A DNA stretch of 64,000 nt from an uncultured virus (IMG/VR IMGVR_UViG_3300047321_000100) (lineage: Duplodnaviria > Heunggongvirae > Uroviricota > Caudoviricetes). This document shows, one piece after another, positions 37,565-45,438 of the stretch. The first letter of the stretch is position 1. Each line of letters starts with the position of its first letter. The notes below the pieces were generated by a model that worked only from the letters and a program-made list of their open reading frames with translations, was not told where the DNA came from and searched no databases. Location of the stretch: the IMG/VR virus record IMGVR_UViG_3300047321_000100; one strand, 5' to 3'. Both the position numbers and the translations under genes were made by a program.

Positions 37565-38175
37565 CAAGTGGCCAGATTGAAGCAGCTATTGCTGCATGGT
37601 TCGATTGCGCCGAATTCGTTGACGACCACCAAAGACGCATGCGCAACGCGGCCCGCGCCCTGCTTGCAAGCAAGGCTGCAGTGCCCGAAACGGTTGCATG
37701 GCCTCACGAAATCACTCGGGGCCACATTGAATGCCTGATTGCAGACCATCAGCGCGACGGGCAGAAGCAGCTAAAGCATGGCCTCAACAGCAGCGGCAGC
37801 TATCTCATACGCGTTGCTGAATCATTCCGCTGGTGCTTGGAACAGATCGACGCTGCTTCCACCGCTCCCGCGCAATCGTGCGGTGACGCCGAGCAAGCAG
37901 ACGAGGCGGTAGACACGTTCCTCGCTGAAGTGCGGGCTGAGCTAATACGAGCTCGCACCAAGTTCCCCGGCGACCGGATCATGACGATTGCTCTGGCCGA
38001 AGAATTTGGCGAACTCTGCAAAGCAGTTCTCGACGAAAGCGCCGCCAACGTCCGCAAAGAGGCAGTGCAAACGGCTGTCATGTGCGCCCGCGTAGTGCTC
38101 GACGGAGACGGTTCTGTCAACGGCTGGCGTGCAGAGCGCGGCCTTGATCGCTTAGTCGAGGCTCGCCATGAATGA
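37561..38175 (+). CDS. Mosaic early protein with C-terminal MazG-like NTP pyrophosphohydrolase domain
   Basis: LAEEFGELCKAVL...KEAVQTA acidic motif. Confidence 0.65.
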   Translation: MTSGQIEAAIAAWFDCAEFVDDHQRRMRNAARALLASKAAVPETVAWPHEITRGHIECLIADHQRDGQKQLKHGLNSSGSYLIRVAESFRWCLEQIDAASTAPAQSCGDAEQADEAVDTFLAEVRAELIRARTKFPGDRIMTIALAEEFGELCKAVLDESAANVRKEAVQTAVMCARVVLDGDGSVNGWRAERGLDRLVEARHE

Positions 38176-38377
38176 GGATAAGCGCTGCCACGGAGGCGAT
38201 GGTTGCCAGCATTGCGGAATGGATATGGACATGGAGCCGTACTGTGTGCAACCGGTTGTTCTACAGCGGCGCAAGGAAATAACGGGGCGAGACTATCCGT
38301 TTGGACTAGACACGAATCCGGCTCGCCAGTGCTGCAAAGGCGAGTTCTTTACCGCCCGCGCAAAGGACAGCAAATGA
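38168..38377 (+). CDS. Cys-rich early protein
   Basis: Coupled; several Cys residues. Confidence 0.55.
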   Translation: MNEDKRCHGGDGCQHCGMDMDMEPYCVQPVVLQRRKEITGRDYPFGLDTNPARQCCKGEFFTARAKDSK

Positions 38378-39117
38378 CCACGACAAATCACACTTCGCCG
38401 AGCGGTGAGGACGCCGCAAATGTGGCGATTGGGGAGCGGGAAGCGTTTGAGGCGTGGTGGGGCGACGATACGACTGGCCAGGAAGCCCTTTCCGCGTGGA
38501 ACGGCTGGCAAGCCCGCGCCGCACTCACCGCCGAAAAGGTGGCAGCGGAGCCGGTGGATTTCGTTTTCCCGCCGATGCCGCCCGCTATCGTCATGCACGA
38601 TAAATTAGGTCCGCTGTTTGATCGCCTGTCGATGCATTTCTACGCTTATAAGTGCATGACTATCGCCGCGCCCCAACAGCCCGCGCAATCTTCCGAGCCG
38701 CAAAAATATCAATACGCGCAGCCGGGATCACCCGAGTTCGATGGCGCGGAAGCGTATCAAGCTCATCTTGAGGCGCAATCTGCCGAGCAGGACGAGCGGG
38801 CGGCGGTAGATCGCTATGGGATTCTCAACGAGGCTGGAGAAGCATTGCTGGCCGCTGGCCACACCGAAGCGTACGAGGTCGTCTACCGCCTAATGAAGGA
38901 AGCCCGCGCCGCATCCACGCAATCCACGGCAACGCAGCCAGCACAGACACAGGTGGCGCTTACAGATGAGCAGCGCGATGCGGTCGAGTATGCGCAGCAG
39001 GTGCTTCGCCAAGTCGAGGCCGGCGACGGCACATTTGTTGGTCAGTGCACAGAGGCCATCGAAGGGCTCGACGCCCTCCTGACCGCCGCCTACCCCGAAA
39101 TCGGAGGGAAATCGTGA
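38374..39117 (+). CDS. Mosaic Ea-like early protein
   Basis: EREAFEAW...WQARA, AEPV and P/Q/A-rich linkers. Confidence 0.65.
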   Translation: MTTTNHTSPSGEDAANVAIGEREAFEAWWGDDTTGQEALSAWNGWQARAALTAEKVAAEPVDFVFPPMPPAIVMHDKLGPLFDRLSMHFYAYKCMTIAAPQQPAQSSEPQKYQYAQPGSPEFDGAEAYQAHLEAQSAEQDERAAVDRYGILNEAGEALLAAGHTEAYEVVYRLMKEARAASTQSTATQPAQTQVALTDEQRDAVEYAQQVLRQVEAGDGTFVGQCTEAIEGLDALLTAAYPEIGGKS

Positions 39118-39386
39118 GCGACGACGAAATCGAAGCATTCGCCGACCTGATCCACGATGCGGCTATCCAGTACGCGAACGGCCGCGAGACCGATTTTCGT
39201 CCGGTTGCCCAGCAGATAGCCGAAGCATCCCGCCGCGCTTCAATCAAGGAAGCGCATAGCGTATGCCTGGCTGGCGTGAAGTGGTCGCCAGAGCCGTCTA
39301 AGGAGGCTCAGTTCTATGTCAACGGAACTTGCCATCGACTAGCCGCCGAAATAAGCCAACTCGCCAAGGAGACAAATAATGGTTGA
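39114..39386 (+). CDS. Early hypothetical protein
   Basis: GTGA coupling, GGAGG RBS. Confidence 0.55.
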   Translation: MSDDEIEAFADLIHDAAIQYANGRETDFRPVAQQIAEASRRASIKEAHSVCLAGVKWSPEPSKEAQFYVNGTCHRLAAEISQLAKETNNG

Positions 39387-39993
39387 AGACCTGATTAATG
39401 CCCTTCGCCGTATCGCGAAGGTCTCTTACGGCGCGACGATCGAAGAGGCGCGATCTGTCAGCAAGACACAGCGCGAAGCCGCAGACCTGCTCGAGCAGCA
39501 ATCCGCCCACCTCACCGCCCTTGAGTCCGAGCGCGACGCTCTACTCGCGGCAGCAGGGAAAGAGGCGGTGAAGATTACGGAGCCGGCACAAGTCGCTGGC
39601 TCTGTATTCCGAGCCGGAATCTCTTGCGATACGGTCATCAAAGCCGCGCAGCGCAACTACAAGTACCGAAACGACCCGGCAGTACAGGATTATCCAGATC
39701 GTTTCACGCTTGCGCAGATTCAGGCTATGGACTCGATCGTGCCACAAGGGGACCGGGAATTCGTGAGCCTGAAGGATTATCAAGCCGCCGCCCTTGAGAA
39801 GGGAGACGGGCGGGATGCGGAGCGGCTTGACTGGCTCGACGAGAACATGTTCCACCGCGAAATGAACGAATGGGATGCACGAATTCATGGCGGCGAAAGC
39901 ATGTGGGTGACGTTCGCTCCGAAGGAAGTTCAGGGATCAGCCCGGAAAATCATCGACGCCGCCCTGTCACAGAAAGCGGGAGAGCAGCAGTAA
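39379..39993 (+). CDS. Mosaic Ea-like early protein
   Basis: Shares AALEKGDGRDAE and AALSQKAGEQQ with the 1..529 ORF. Confidence 0.7.
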   Translation: MVEDLINALRRIAKVSYGATIEEARSVSKTQREAADLLEQQSAHLTALESERDALLAAAGKEAVKITEPAQVAGSVFRAGISCDTVIKAAQRNYKYRNDPAVQDYPDRFTLAQIQAMDSIVPQGDREFVSLKDYQAAALEKGDGRDAERLDWLDENMFHREMNEWDARIHGGESMWVTFAPKEVQGSARKIIDAALSQKAGEQQ

Positions 39994-40053
39994 ATGGCAG
40001 ACGCAGCACAACGCATGGTTGAAACCACGAAGAACGCATGGGGTGTGAAATGA
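39958..40053 (+). repeat. 96-bp exact direct repeat, copy 2
   Basis: Identical to 494-589. Confidence 0.95.
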
Positions 40054-40316
40054 ATTCGACTCTGAAGCGACTTGAAGCGCAGTTCAATGCGCCTTTGCTG
40101 CCCATCGAAACGGTACGGCTGAACTTCTTTCCGCACCTTTCGGAGGATACGTTCAACCGGCGCGCGCGCGCGAATGACCTGGGATTCCCGATTGTCAGGT
40201 CTGACCGGTCACAAAAGGCCGCCATGTTCGTGCACGTTGAAGACCTGGCCGAATACCTCGAATCGAGGCGTTCAGCAGCCGTTCGCGAACGCGCTATGCT
40301 GACTTCCCATGCGTGA
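40050..40316 (+). CDS. xis: Excisionase, PrtN-like
   Basis: LEAQF..PLLPIE.V...FF.HL...SQKA..FVH..DLA.YL; convergent with int. Confidence 0.7.
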   Translation: MNSTLKRLEAQFNAPLLPIETVRLNFFPHLSEDTFNRRARANDLGFPIVRSDRSQKAAMFVHVEDLAEYLESRRSAAVRERAMLTSHA

Positions 40317-41358
40317 CGAAATCGAGCCACTTCCAGTCTTTGTACTTGTCCCCCGTCTGCCGCACATGGGTATATCGCTGAAGGCTTTGCCATGTGGCAT
40401 GACCTGTCACCGCGGCGACGTGGGGTATCGTCCAGCCCATCTCGAAAAGGCGGCTTGCGGCCTCATGTCGTAGGTCATGGAATCTCAAGTCTTCGATCTC
40501 CAGAAACCTGCATGCCCTCGCAAATATCGTTGACACTGACGGCGCGTTGTACGGGAATATGCGCTCGTCCTTCCGTGGCTGTGCCTCAATGATCCGCTGA
40601 GCTTCTGGCGTGAGGTCGCAATATACGTTGTTCGTCAGCTTCTTTTCGGGGTTTTTCATCTGCCGAACGAGCACACGACCCGGCTCCACATCTTCCCACA
40701 GTATTCTGCACGTCTCGCCCTGCCGGCGTCCGCTGAAGATCGAAAACACGATCAGCGCAACCATAGGTACGCCTCCGGGCTGCCTGCCTTCCACTTCCTT
40801 GAAGTAGTTCAGAATCCTTTCAAGCTCGCCCAGAGTCGGGCGACGCGTTCTTTCCGCTGATTTGGCGGTGGCTCCGAGCTTTTTAAGAACGACCGCAGCA
40901 TCTTCCATCTGCTGCTTATGCAACGGATAACCCCAAGCCGCCTGAGCCACCCTGAAGACCGGAGACAGATGCGATATGTAGGTTCGCTTCGTAGGCGGCT
41001 TGCAGTTGAGCGTGTTCACCCAGTCCACCAGTGCAACGCTGGTCACTGCGCTGCACTTCAGTTCGCCGACATCTGAAGCCGCGATCGTCTCCAGTATCCG
41101 GCGCTTCGTCTTCCCGATATGACCAGTGGATTCCTCCAGATACTTATTCACGACCTCAGACAGCTTGGGATCAGGGCCCATGTTCAGCGCGCCAGGACGA
41201 TGCAATTCAGCCTCGCGCATCGTCATCCACCTCTGGGCGATAGCCTTCCTCTCAAACGTCTTCGATTCACTATGCACGACCTTGCTGCCGCGCTTGATCC
41301 TGATTTGCGCGGTGTACACTAGGCCGCTTTTTGTGGAGCGCGGGGTGATTGTTCCCAT
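40294..41358 (-). CDS. int: Tyrosine integrase B
   Basis: SGRRQGE, FHDLRHE, VTGH.TW..LQRY; N-terminal YTAQIRIK arm domain. Confidence 0.93.
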   Translation of the reverse strand: MGTITPRSTKSGLVYTAQIRIKRGSKVVHSESKTFERKAIAQRWMTMREAELHRPGALNMGPDPKLSEVVNKYLEESTGHIGKTKRRILETIAASDVGELKCSAVTSVALVDWVNTLNCKPPTKRTYISHLSPVFRVAQAAWGYPLHKQQMEDAAVVLKKLGATAKSAERTRRPTLGELERILNYFKEVEGRQPGGVPMVALIVFSIFSGRRQGETCRILWEDVEPGRVLVRQMKNPEKKLTNNVYCDLTPEAQRIIEAQPRKDERIFPYNAPSVSTIFARACRFLEIEDLRFHDLRHEAASRLFEMGWTIPHVAAVTGHATWQSLQRYTHVRQTGDKYKDWKWLDFVTHGKSA

Positions 41359-41370
41359 GGTGCAGATCCT

Positions 41371-41627
41371 CGGTGCTTATGGACGAAAATTTAGCACCGA
41401 ATTTAGCACCGACTCCGAAAATAAGCACTAGAATGTAGTCTGAACGTTACGCAACGTCACCGAATCACGAACCACAGAAGAGGCTTAAATCCAATGCAGG
41501 CAAGGAACGACTGGCTGGAAGCATTGCCAGACGGGGATGGGAAGAAAGTATGAAGACCGATCCCGAGTCGGTCCAACACGGCTTACTGTAGTAAGTCTGG
41601 CGGATTCATAAGCACTTTTTAAGCACT
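41371..41627. other. attP-like site B
   Basis: T(A/T)AGCAC arm repeats at 41371 (inverted), 41389, 41401, 41421 and at 41608, 41619; core GACCGA-tcccgag-TCGGTC at 41555-41573. Confidence 0.7.
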
Positions 41628-41734
41628 CGTGCGACGGAACTGCCAGAGCGGGAAATGCAGTTGAAGCGGGACAAACAGCCGTTGGCGCGGCTGCCGTCCC
41701 TGACCACAAACGGACCTTCACAGGAGATCCAATC

Positions 41735-42004
41735 ATGGCTAAGCACTATCTTATCGCCTTCGCAGCACTTACATTCTCCGCTTCCTCGTTCGCATCGACG
41801 GCGAGCGCCAACGCAGGCCATCATGGCGGCGGAAACCATGGCGCCGTAGGCGCAGCGGCCGGCGCGTTCGGAGGCGGCAGTTCGGCCGGCTCGGGGCAGT
41901 CGGGTAACGGCGGCTCGTACTGGTCGCCGAACCTCAATGCTGATCCGGTCGATGCTTATCAGCCCTGGCCACAAAGCCAGATGCGCCAATTCCAGAAGCC
42001 TTGA
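41735..42004 (+). CDS. Small secreted Gly-rich moron protein
   Basis: Signal peptide MAKHYLIAFAALTFSASSFA; AGGAG RBS. Confidence 0.65.
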   Translation: MAKHYLIAFAALTFSASSFASTASANAGHHGGGNHGAVGAAAGAFGGGSSAGSGQSGNGGSYWSPNLNADPVDAYQPWPQSQMRQFQKP

Positions 42005-42007
42005 TTG

Positions 42008-42304
42008 CTAGTTCATGCGGAAGGAAGGGGAAAGATCGCCGTCAAAGCGCGCGCAACGCGCTTCCATTTCTTCTTCTGTGAGTTCTGCAGTGCGGCCATG
42101 CCGGCGAGCCTCATCGAGAAAATGGCGAAGTTGCTCAACGAAAGCGGTTTCGCTTTCTTCGAGCGTTCGTCCCTCTCCCATCATGCCGGCGACGATCTCA
42201 TGCCGGCGACGCACGAGAATTTCGGCGCCCACAAGAGCATGCTCGAATTGACTTGCAGCGTTTGCCTTGATATGCGAATCGGGAATCTGTTTCTGAGCAG
42301 TCAT
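42008..42304 (-). CDS. Hypothetical moron protein with its own promoter
   Basis: TTGACG-17-TAGCGT at 42360-42332; GAGG RBS. Confidence 0.6.
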   Translation of the reverse strand: MTAQKQIPDSHIKANAASQFEHALVGAEILVRRRHEIVAGMMGEGRTLEESETAFVEQLRHFLDEARRHGRTAELTEEEMEARCARFDGDLSPSFRMN

Positions 42305-42356
42305 GGTATTCGCCTCAACATGAAGGCTGACACGCTACATCGAAGCCCGAGAAACG

Positions 42357-42947
42357 TCAAATTGAGACAGATAGAGCGTCTATCACGCGCTCAATGGAAT
42401 GATCTATCACGTTAGGAAGTGGCAGGACCGGTTTGCCGATGTGTGTAAGCAGCCCCGCGTGCTGCCAACCTAAAGGCACGTCTGGAACGATGTCCAGCCC
42501 ATTCCTGTAAAGATGCATCTGAACGCCCGACAGGAGAGCGCGCACTGCTATACCGGGACTGACGCGCGGCGGTTCAAAGGCAAACACGGCCGCAGGCGGA
42601 TTTCCGCTTAGTGTCATTTCCGCCGCCGCCATGACAGCGATTGCTGCGCCTAGCGAATGGCCTGTCAGTGTCACTGGATCTCCTGCGACAGCGGCTAGTA
42701 CAGGAACTGCGATAGCCTGCCAGGCCTGCCAGAAACCCCGATGTACGTTTCCCACGCCAGGGACGGACATAGGCACTGCGTCGAGGTCTGTAACCCAGCA
42801 CGCAGCGTTGTCGGTGCCCGGAAACGCGATGCATAGCCCAGAATCGGTATGGCGCACGATGGCGCGAGAGGCGCTATCCGCATCGCCAATATCCGGCTTT
42901 GCGGTGTACGCCTCTTGCGCGATCAACGCGTAATCGCGCGGCGACAT
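42357..42947 (-). CDS. Class-3 lipase (alpha/beta hydrolase)
   Basis: IAFPGT, VHRGF, TGHSLG nucleophile elbow, PPRV, DIVP, DH; TAATG-coupled to the lipoprotein. Confidence 0.88.
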   Translation of the reverse strand: MSPRDYALIAQEAYTAKPDIGDADSASRAIVRHTDSGLCIAFPGTDNAACWVTDLDAVPMSVPGVGNVHRGFWQAWQAIAVPVLAAVAGDPVTLTGHSLGAAIAVMAAAEMTLSGNPPAAVFAFEPPRVSPGIAVRALLSGVQMHLYRNGLDIVPDVPLGWQHAGLLTHIGKPVLPLPNVIDHSIERVIDALSVSI

Positions 42948-43381
42948 TACTGGCTCACGGTGCCAACAGGCCCGTACTGGACCAGCGCAGCAGATAGAGC
43001 AGTCTGAAACGCGACCAGGCCGACCTGAACCCCCATTTTGGTTGCAGGGTCCATCGGGACGAGCGCGACAACCTGAAGCGCGGCCGGAATCGACGTGTTG
43101 ATGAGCGTCGAGACGGACGACGGATCGACCGCGGCGCCGGCGACACAGACTTTGCCGTTCAGATCGGCCAGCGTCGAGAACACGGCTTCCTGTGCCGGGT
43201 CTGCGACTTCCATCGCCTTGATGCTGAGCAGCGTCGGTTGGACAACCGAGCAAGCCTTTGCGACTTGCGTCTGGAGAAACTGAGCCTTCTGCGCGACATC
43301 GGCCTGTTGAGCGGTCGAGCAGCCAGCGACGAAGCAAGCGGACAGGAGTAATCCTGCCGCGATGAGCAGCATACGTTTCAT
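42947..43381 (-). CDS. Lipoprotein in the lysis cassette
   Basis: Lipoboxes LSAC and VAGC; hydrophobic C-terminal helices. Confidence 0.75.
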   Translation of the reverse strand: MKRMLLIAAGLLLSACFVAGCSTAQQADVAQKAQFLQTQVAKACSVVQPTLLSIKAMEVADPAQEAVFSTLADLNGKVCVAGAAVDPSSVSTLINTSIPAALQVVALVPMDPATKMGVQVGLVAFQTALSAALVQYGPVGTVSQ

Positions 43382-43405
43382 GGTCTTTCCTTCAGAGTGG
43401 GATGG

Positions 43406-43600
43406 TTACTGCGGGGTCTTGCTCTTGGTGAGCAGATTCAGAAGCGCATGCGCGCCGGTGAACAGAAGTGCGGCCACAACACCGGGAACGGCATCGGGCA
43501 TCGGTTGATGAAAGCCGAGCAGCGCCCAGCGAACAAGAGGCTCAAGCTGTACCGCGGTGATCGTCGCCCCACCGGTCAACCATGGCGATGTCTGGTTCAC
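43406..43600 (-). CDS. Small membrane protein, putative holin
   Basis: 64 aa, two hydrophobic segments, GTGA overlap with the endolysin. Confidence 0.6.
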   Translation of the reverse strand: MNQTSPWLTGGATITAVQLEPLVRWALLGFHQPMPDAVPGVVAALLFTGAHALLNLLTKSKTPQ

Positions 43601-44088
43601 GATTGCGCCTCCGGTTCCGGCTCGACTTCCCCCGGTGCTTCTTCCTTCGAGAAGTCGGCGCCCAGAGTGAACAGCGCGCGTTCGGCATTGCGCCGGCGCA
43701 GCAGACCGGCCACATGCTTGCCGCCAGCCATGTCCCACTTCTCGAATTCGTCAATCGCGCCCTGCACGTCGTTGTCGTTGAACTTGGCGAGCAGCGTTGA
43801 AGTTCTGAACGCGGTGATCCCGACGTTGAACGTGAAATCGACCAGCGCGTCGAACTCTTCCTGAGTCACACCGGGCTTCACATACAGATTGACCGCGTTC
43901 GCTGCCTCTGCAACGTCATCGAGCAGCCATTGATCGGCCTCTTCCTGCGTACAGGTCATGCCTGGATGGACGCCGCGCGTATGTCCATAAGCAATAGTCC
44001 AGACGCCTTTCGAGTCTTGATAGGCGGTATCACGGAAGCCTTCGAAATACTCGGTGAGCGCCATGCCATCTTTTGAGTACTGCATCAT
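43597..44088 (-). CDS. Endolysin, GH24 lysozyme
   Basis: FEGFRDTAYQDSKGVWTIAYGHT, FDALVDFTFNVG, GLLRRRNAE. Confidence 0.92.
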   Translation of the reverse strand: MMQYSKDGMALTEYFEGFRDTAYQDSKGVWTIAYGHTRGVHPGMTCTQEEADQWLLDDVAEAANAVNLYVKPGVTQEEFDALVDFTFNVGITAFRTSTLLAKFNDNDVQGAIDEFEKWDMAGGKHVAGLLRRRNAERALFTLGADFSKEEAPGEVEPEPEAQS

Positions 44089-44450
44089 TCCCCCTTACCG
44101 GTGAGTGTTTGCAGGAGACGTTCATCCCCTTCCTTGAGCGTGCGCAGAAGCGCCGCGTGATCGGCCAGCATGTCGCGCTGCGCCTCGGCGATCGAAAGCA
44201 GCGCGGACAGCATCTGTCCTTGCGAATCGACCGTTTTCCGCTGAAGATCGGCGGATTCCTCCGCCACCATCATCAGAACTGCGCTGGCGGTCGATGCTTC
44301 GATAGAGAGGATTAGATTGGTGGCGCCAAAATCGACATCAGTCCCGACAAGGAAATGCAATGCGAGAGAGGTGCCGATGAACACGCACAGCAGGATCAGG
44401 AAATTGCGCGGCTTCCTGACCGTCATGTAGAGGCGGAAAAGGCTACGCAT
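44085..44450 (-). CDS. 2-TM + coiled-coil membrane protein (DUF1003-like)
   Basis: NLILSIEA...VLMM; coupled to the lysozyme. Confidence 0.6.
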   Translation of the reverse strand: MRSLFRLYMTVRKPRNFLILLCVFIGTSLALHFLVGTDVDFGATNLILSIEASTASAVLMMVAEESADLQRKTVDSQGQMLSALLSIAEAQRDMLADHAALLRTLKEGDERLLQTLTGKGE

Positions 44451-44661
44451 GATGAGAGACCCACACGAGTTGATAGATGCCGATGGCGACCTCGACAACG
44501 AACAGGCCTAGCATCAGCCAGTTGACGAGCCGGGAATGCCGCGACTCTTTTTCATCGGCATGCTCCCCGAGCTCTTCTTCGAGATCGGCGACACGTGTAT
44601 TGAGGTGCGCCATCTGATCGCTGACCAACTGGAAGCGTTGGTCGATCAGTTCGTCATCCAT
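44443..44661 (-). CDS. Coiled-coil + C-terminal TM protein (holin-like)
   Basis: Topology and position. Confidence 0.55.
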   Translation of the reverse strand: MDDELIDQRFQLVSDQMAHLNTRVADLEEELGEHADEKESRHSRLVNWLMLGLFVVEVAIGIYQLVWVSHHA

Positions 44662-44956
44662 GGTTCTTGACGAACAGGGAGATAATCTCCACGATCATCA
44701 GGCCGCCAGCGAAAATCGCCGCCCACTTGGCCGGGATCGCATTTAATGCATCCGTCATGCGCTGCCCGAACTTCTCGGAAATATCGACACGCAACTTCAT
44801 GATGTCGTCTTTGGTCGCGACGGTGGCAATCGCTGATCTCAACTCGGCGACTGTTTCATCGAGCTTGGCAAGATGCTGGTCATGACGGGCAATGTCCTCG
44901 TCATGCGCGCGAACACGTTCACGCAACTCCACAATTGCGGCCATATGCTGATCCAT
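44654..44956 (-). CDS. Coiled-coil + C-terminal TM protein (XhlA/holin-like)
   Basis: Topology; ATKDDI motif; first gene of the lysis cassette. Confidence 0.55.
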   Translation of the reverse strand: MDQHMAAIVELRERVRAHDEDIARHDQHLAKLDETVAELRSAIATVATKDDIMKLRVDISEKFGQRMTDALNAIPAKWAAIFAGGLMIVEIISLFVKNHG

Positions 44957-44973
44957 GAGAACCCCGTGGTTAG

Positions 44974-45438
44974 TTAGCTTGGTACGACTGAAAAGTTATC
45001 GGTGTTACCACCGCGGTTCACGACGATGTTCGGATTGGCATTTGAAAGCGCCCATGTCGTTGAACTCGTTTTTGTGCAGACCGCTGAAGCGCCCGTTGTG
45101 TTGTTAGTGACCGTGATATTTCCAGACCAGTTCGGAGCCGCGTCGAATACGACAATCAGGAGGAAATTCTGTGCGCCGCTTAACTGCTGCAAGCCGCCGA
45201 AAATGCCGCCATACCATGCAGTAGCAGGGTCATTTGTCGCGTTTGGGAGGACAGTCAGGTTGCCGTCGAAACGTAGGCCGTTCTTTCCGTGCAAATCGTT
45301 CATGCTGATTGCACCTGACGGCTTGCCAGCCAGTTTCCTGACAATGGTCTCGTTAAGATTCGTGGAAGCATTCGAGGCGCGCGCGAGTTCGGCGTTGACC
45401 TGCGACATGGAAATAGCGCCGCTTGCCGGAAGTGTCAT
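44974..45438 (-). CDS. Putative tail-tip adhesin
   Basis: MTLPASGAISMSQVNAEL...SGAISMNDL.GK N-terminus; follows the S74 fibre. Confidence 0.6.
   Translation of the reverse strand: MTLPASGAISMSQVNAELARASNASTNLNETIVRKLAGKPSGAISMNDLHGKNGLRFDGNLTVLPNATNDPATAWYGGIFGGLQQLSGAQNFLLIVVFDAAPNWSGNITVTNNTTGASAVCTKTSSTTWALSNANPNIVVNRGGNTDNFSVVPS

Larger units (their letters stand above)
494..39957. mobile_element. Phage 1: complete P22/Sf6-like temperate podovirus genome unit (39,464 bp between repeat starts)
   Basis: One full set of int/xis, immunity, replication, recombination, packaging, head, tail and lysis genes between the two repeats. Confidence 0.85.

Noticed and set aside
40294..41358. Integrase B as a shufflon/invertase for tail genes
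   Set aside because: No inverted crossover repeats or alternative tail cassettes seen; it has an xis partner and an attP-like site
41555..41580. dusA attachment site
   Set aside because: Only TGGACCGAC on the minus strand resembles the dusA W-T-D codons; no APMMD context
42948..43337. 130-aa N-terminal extension of the lipase ORF
   Set aside because: Overlaps the lipoprotein in another frame; TAATG coupling supports the start at 42947
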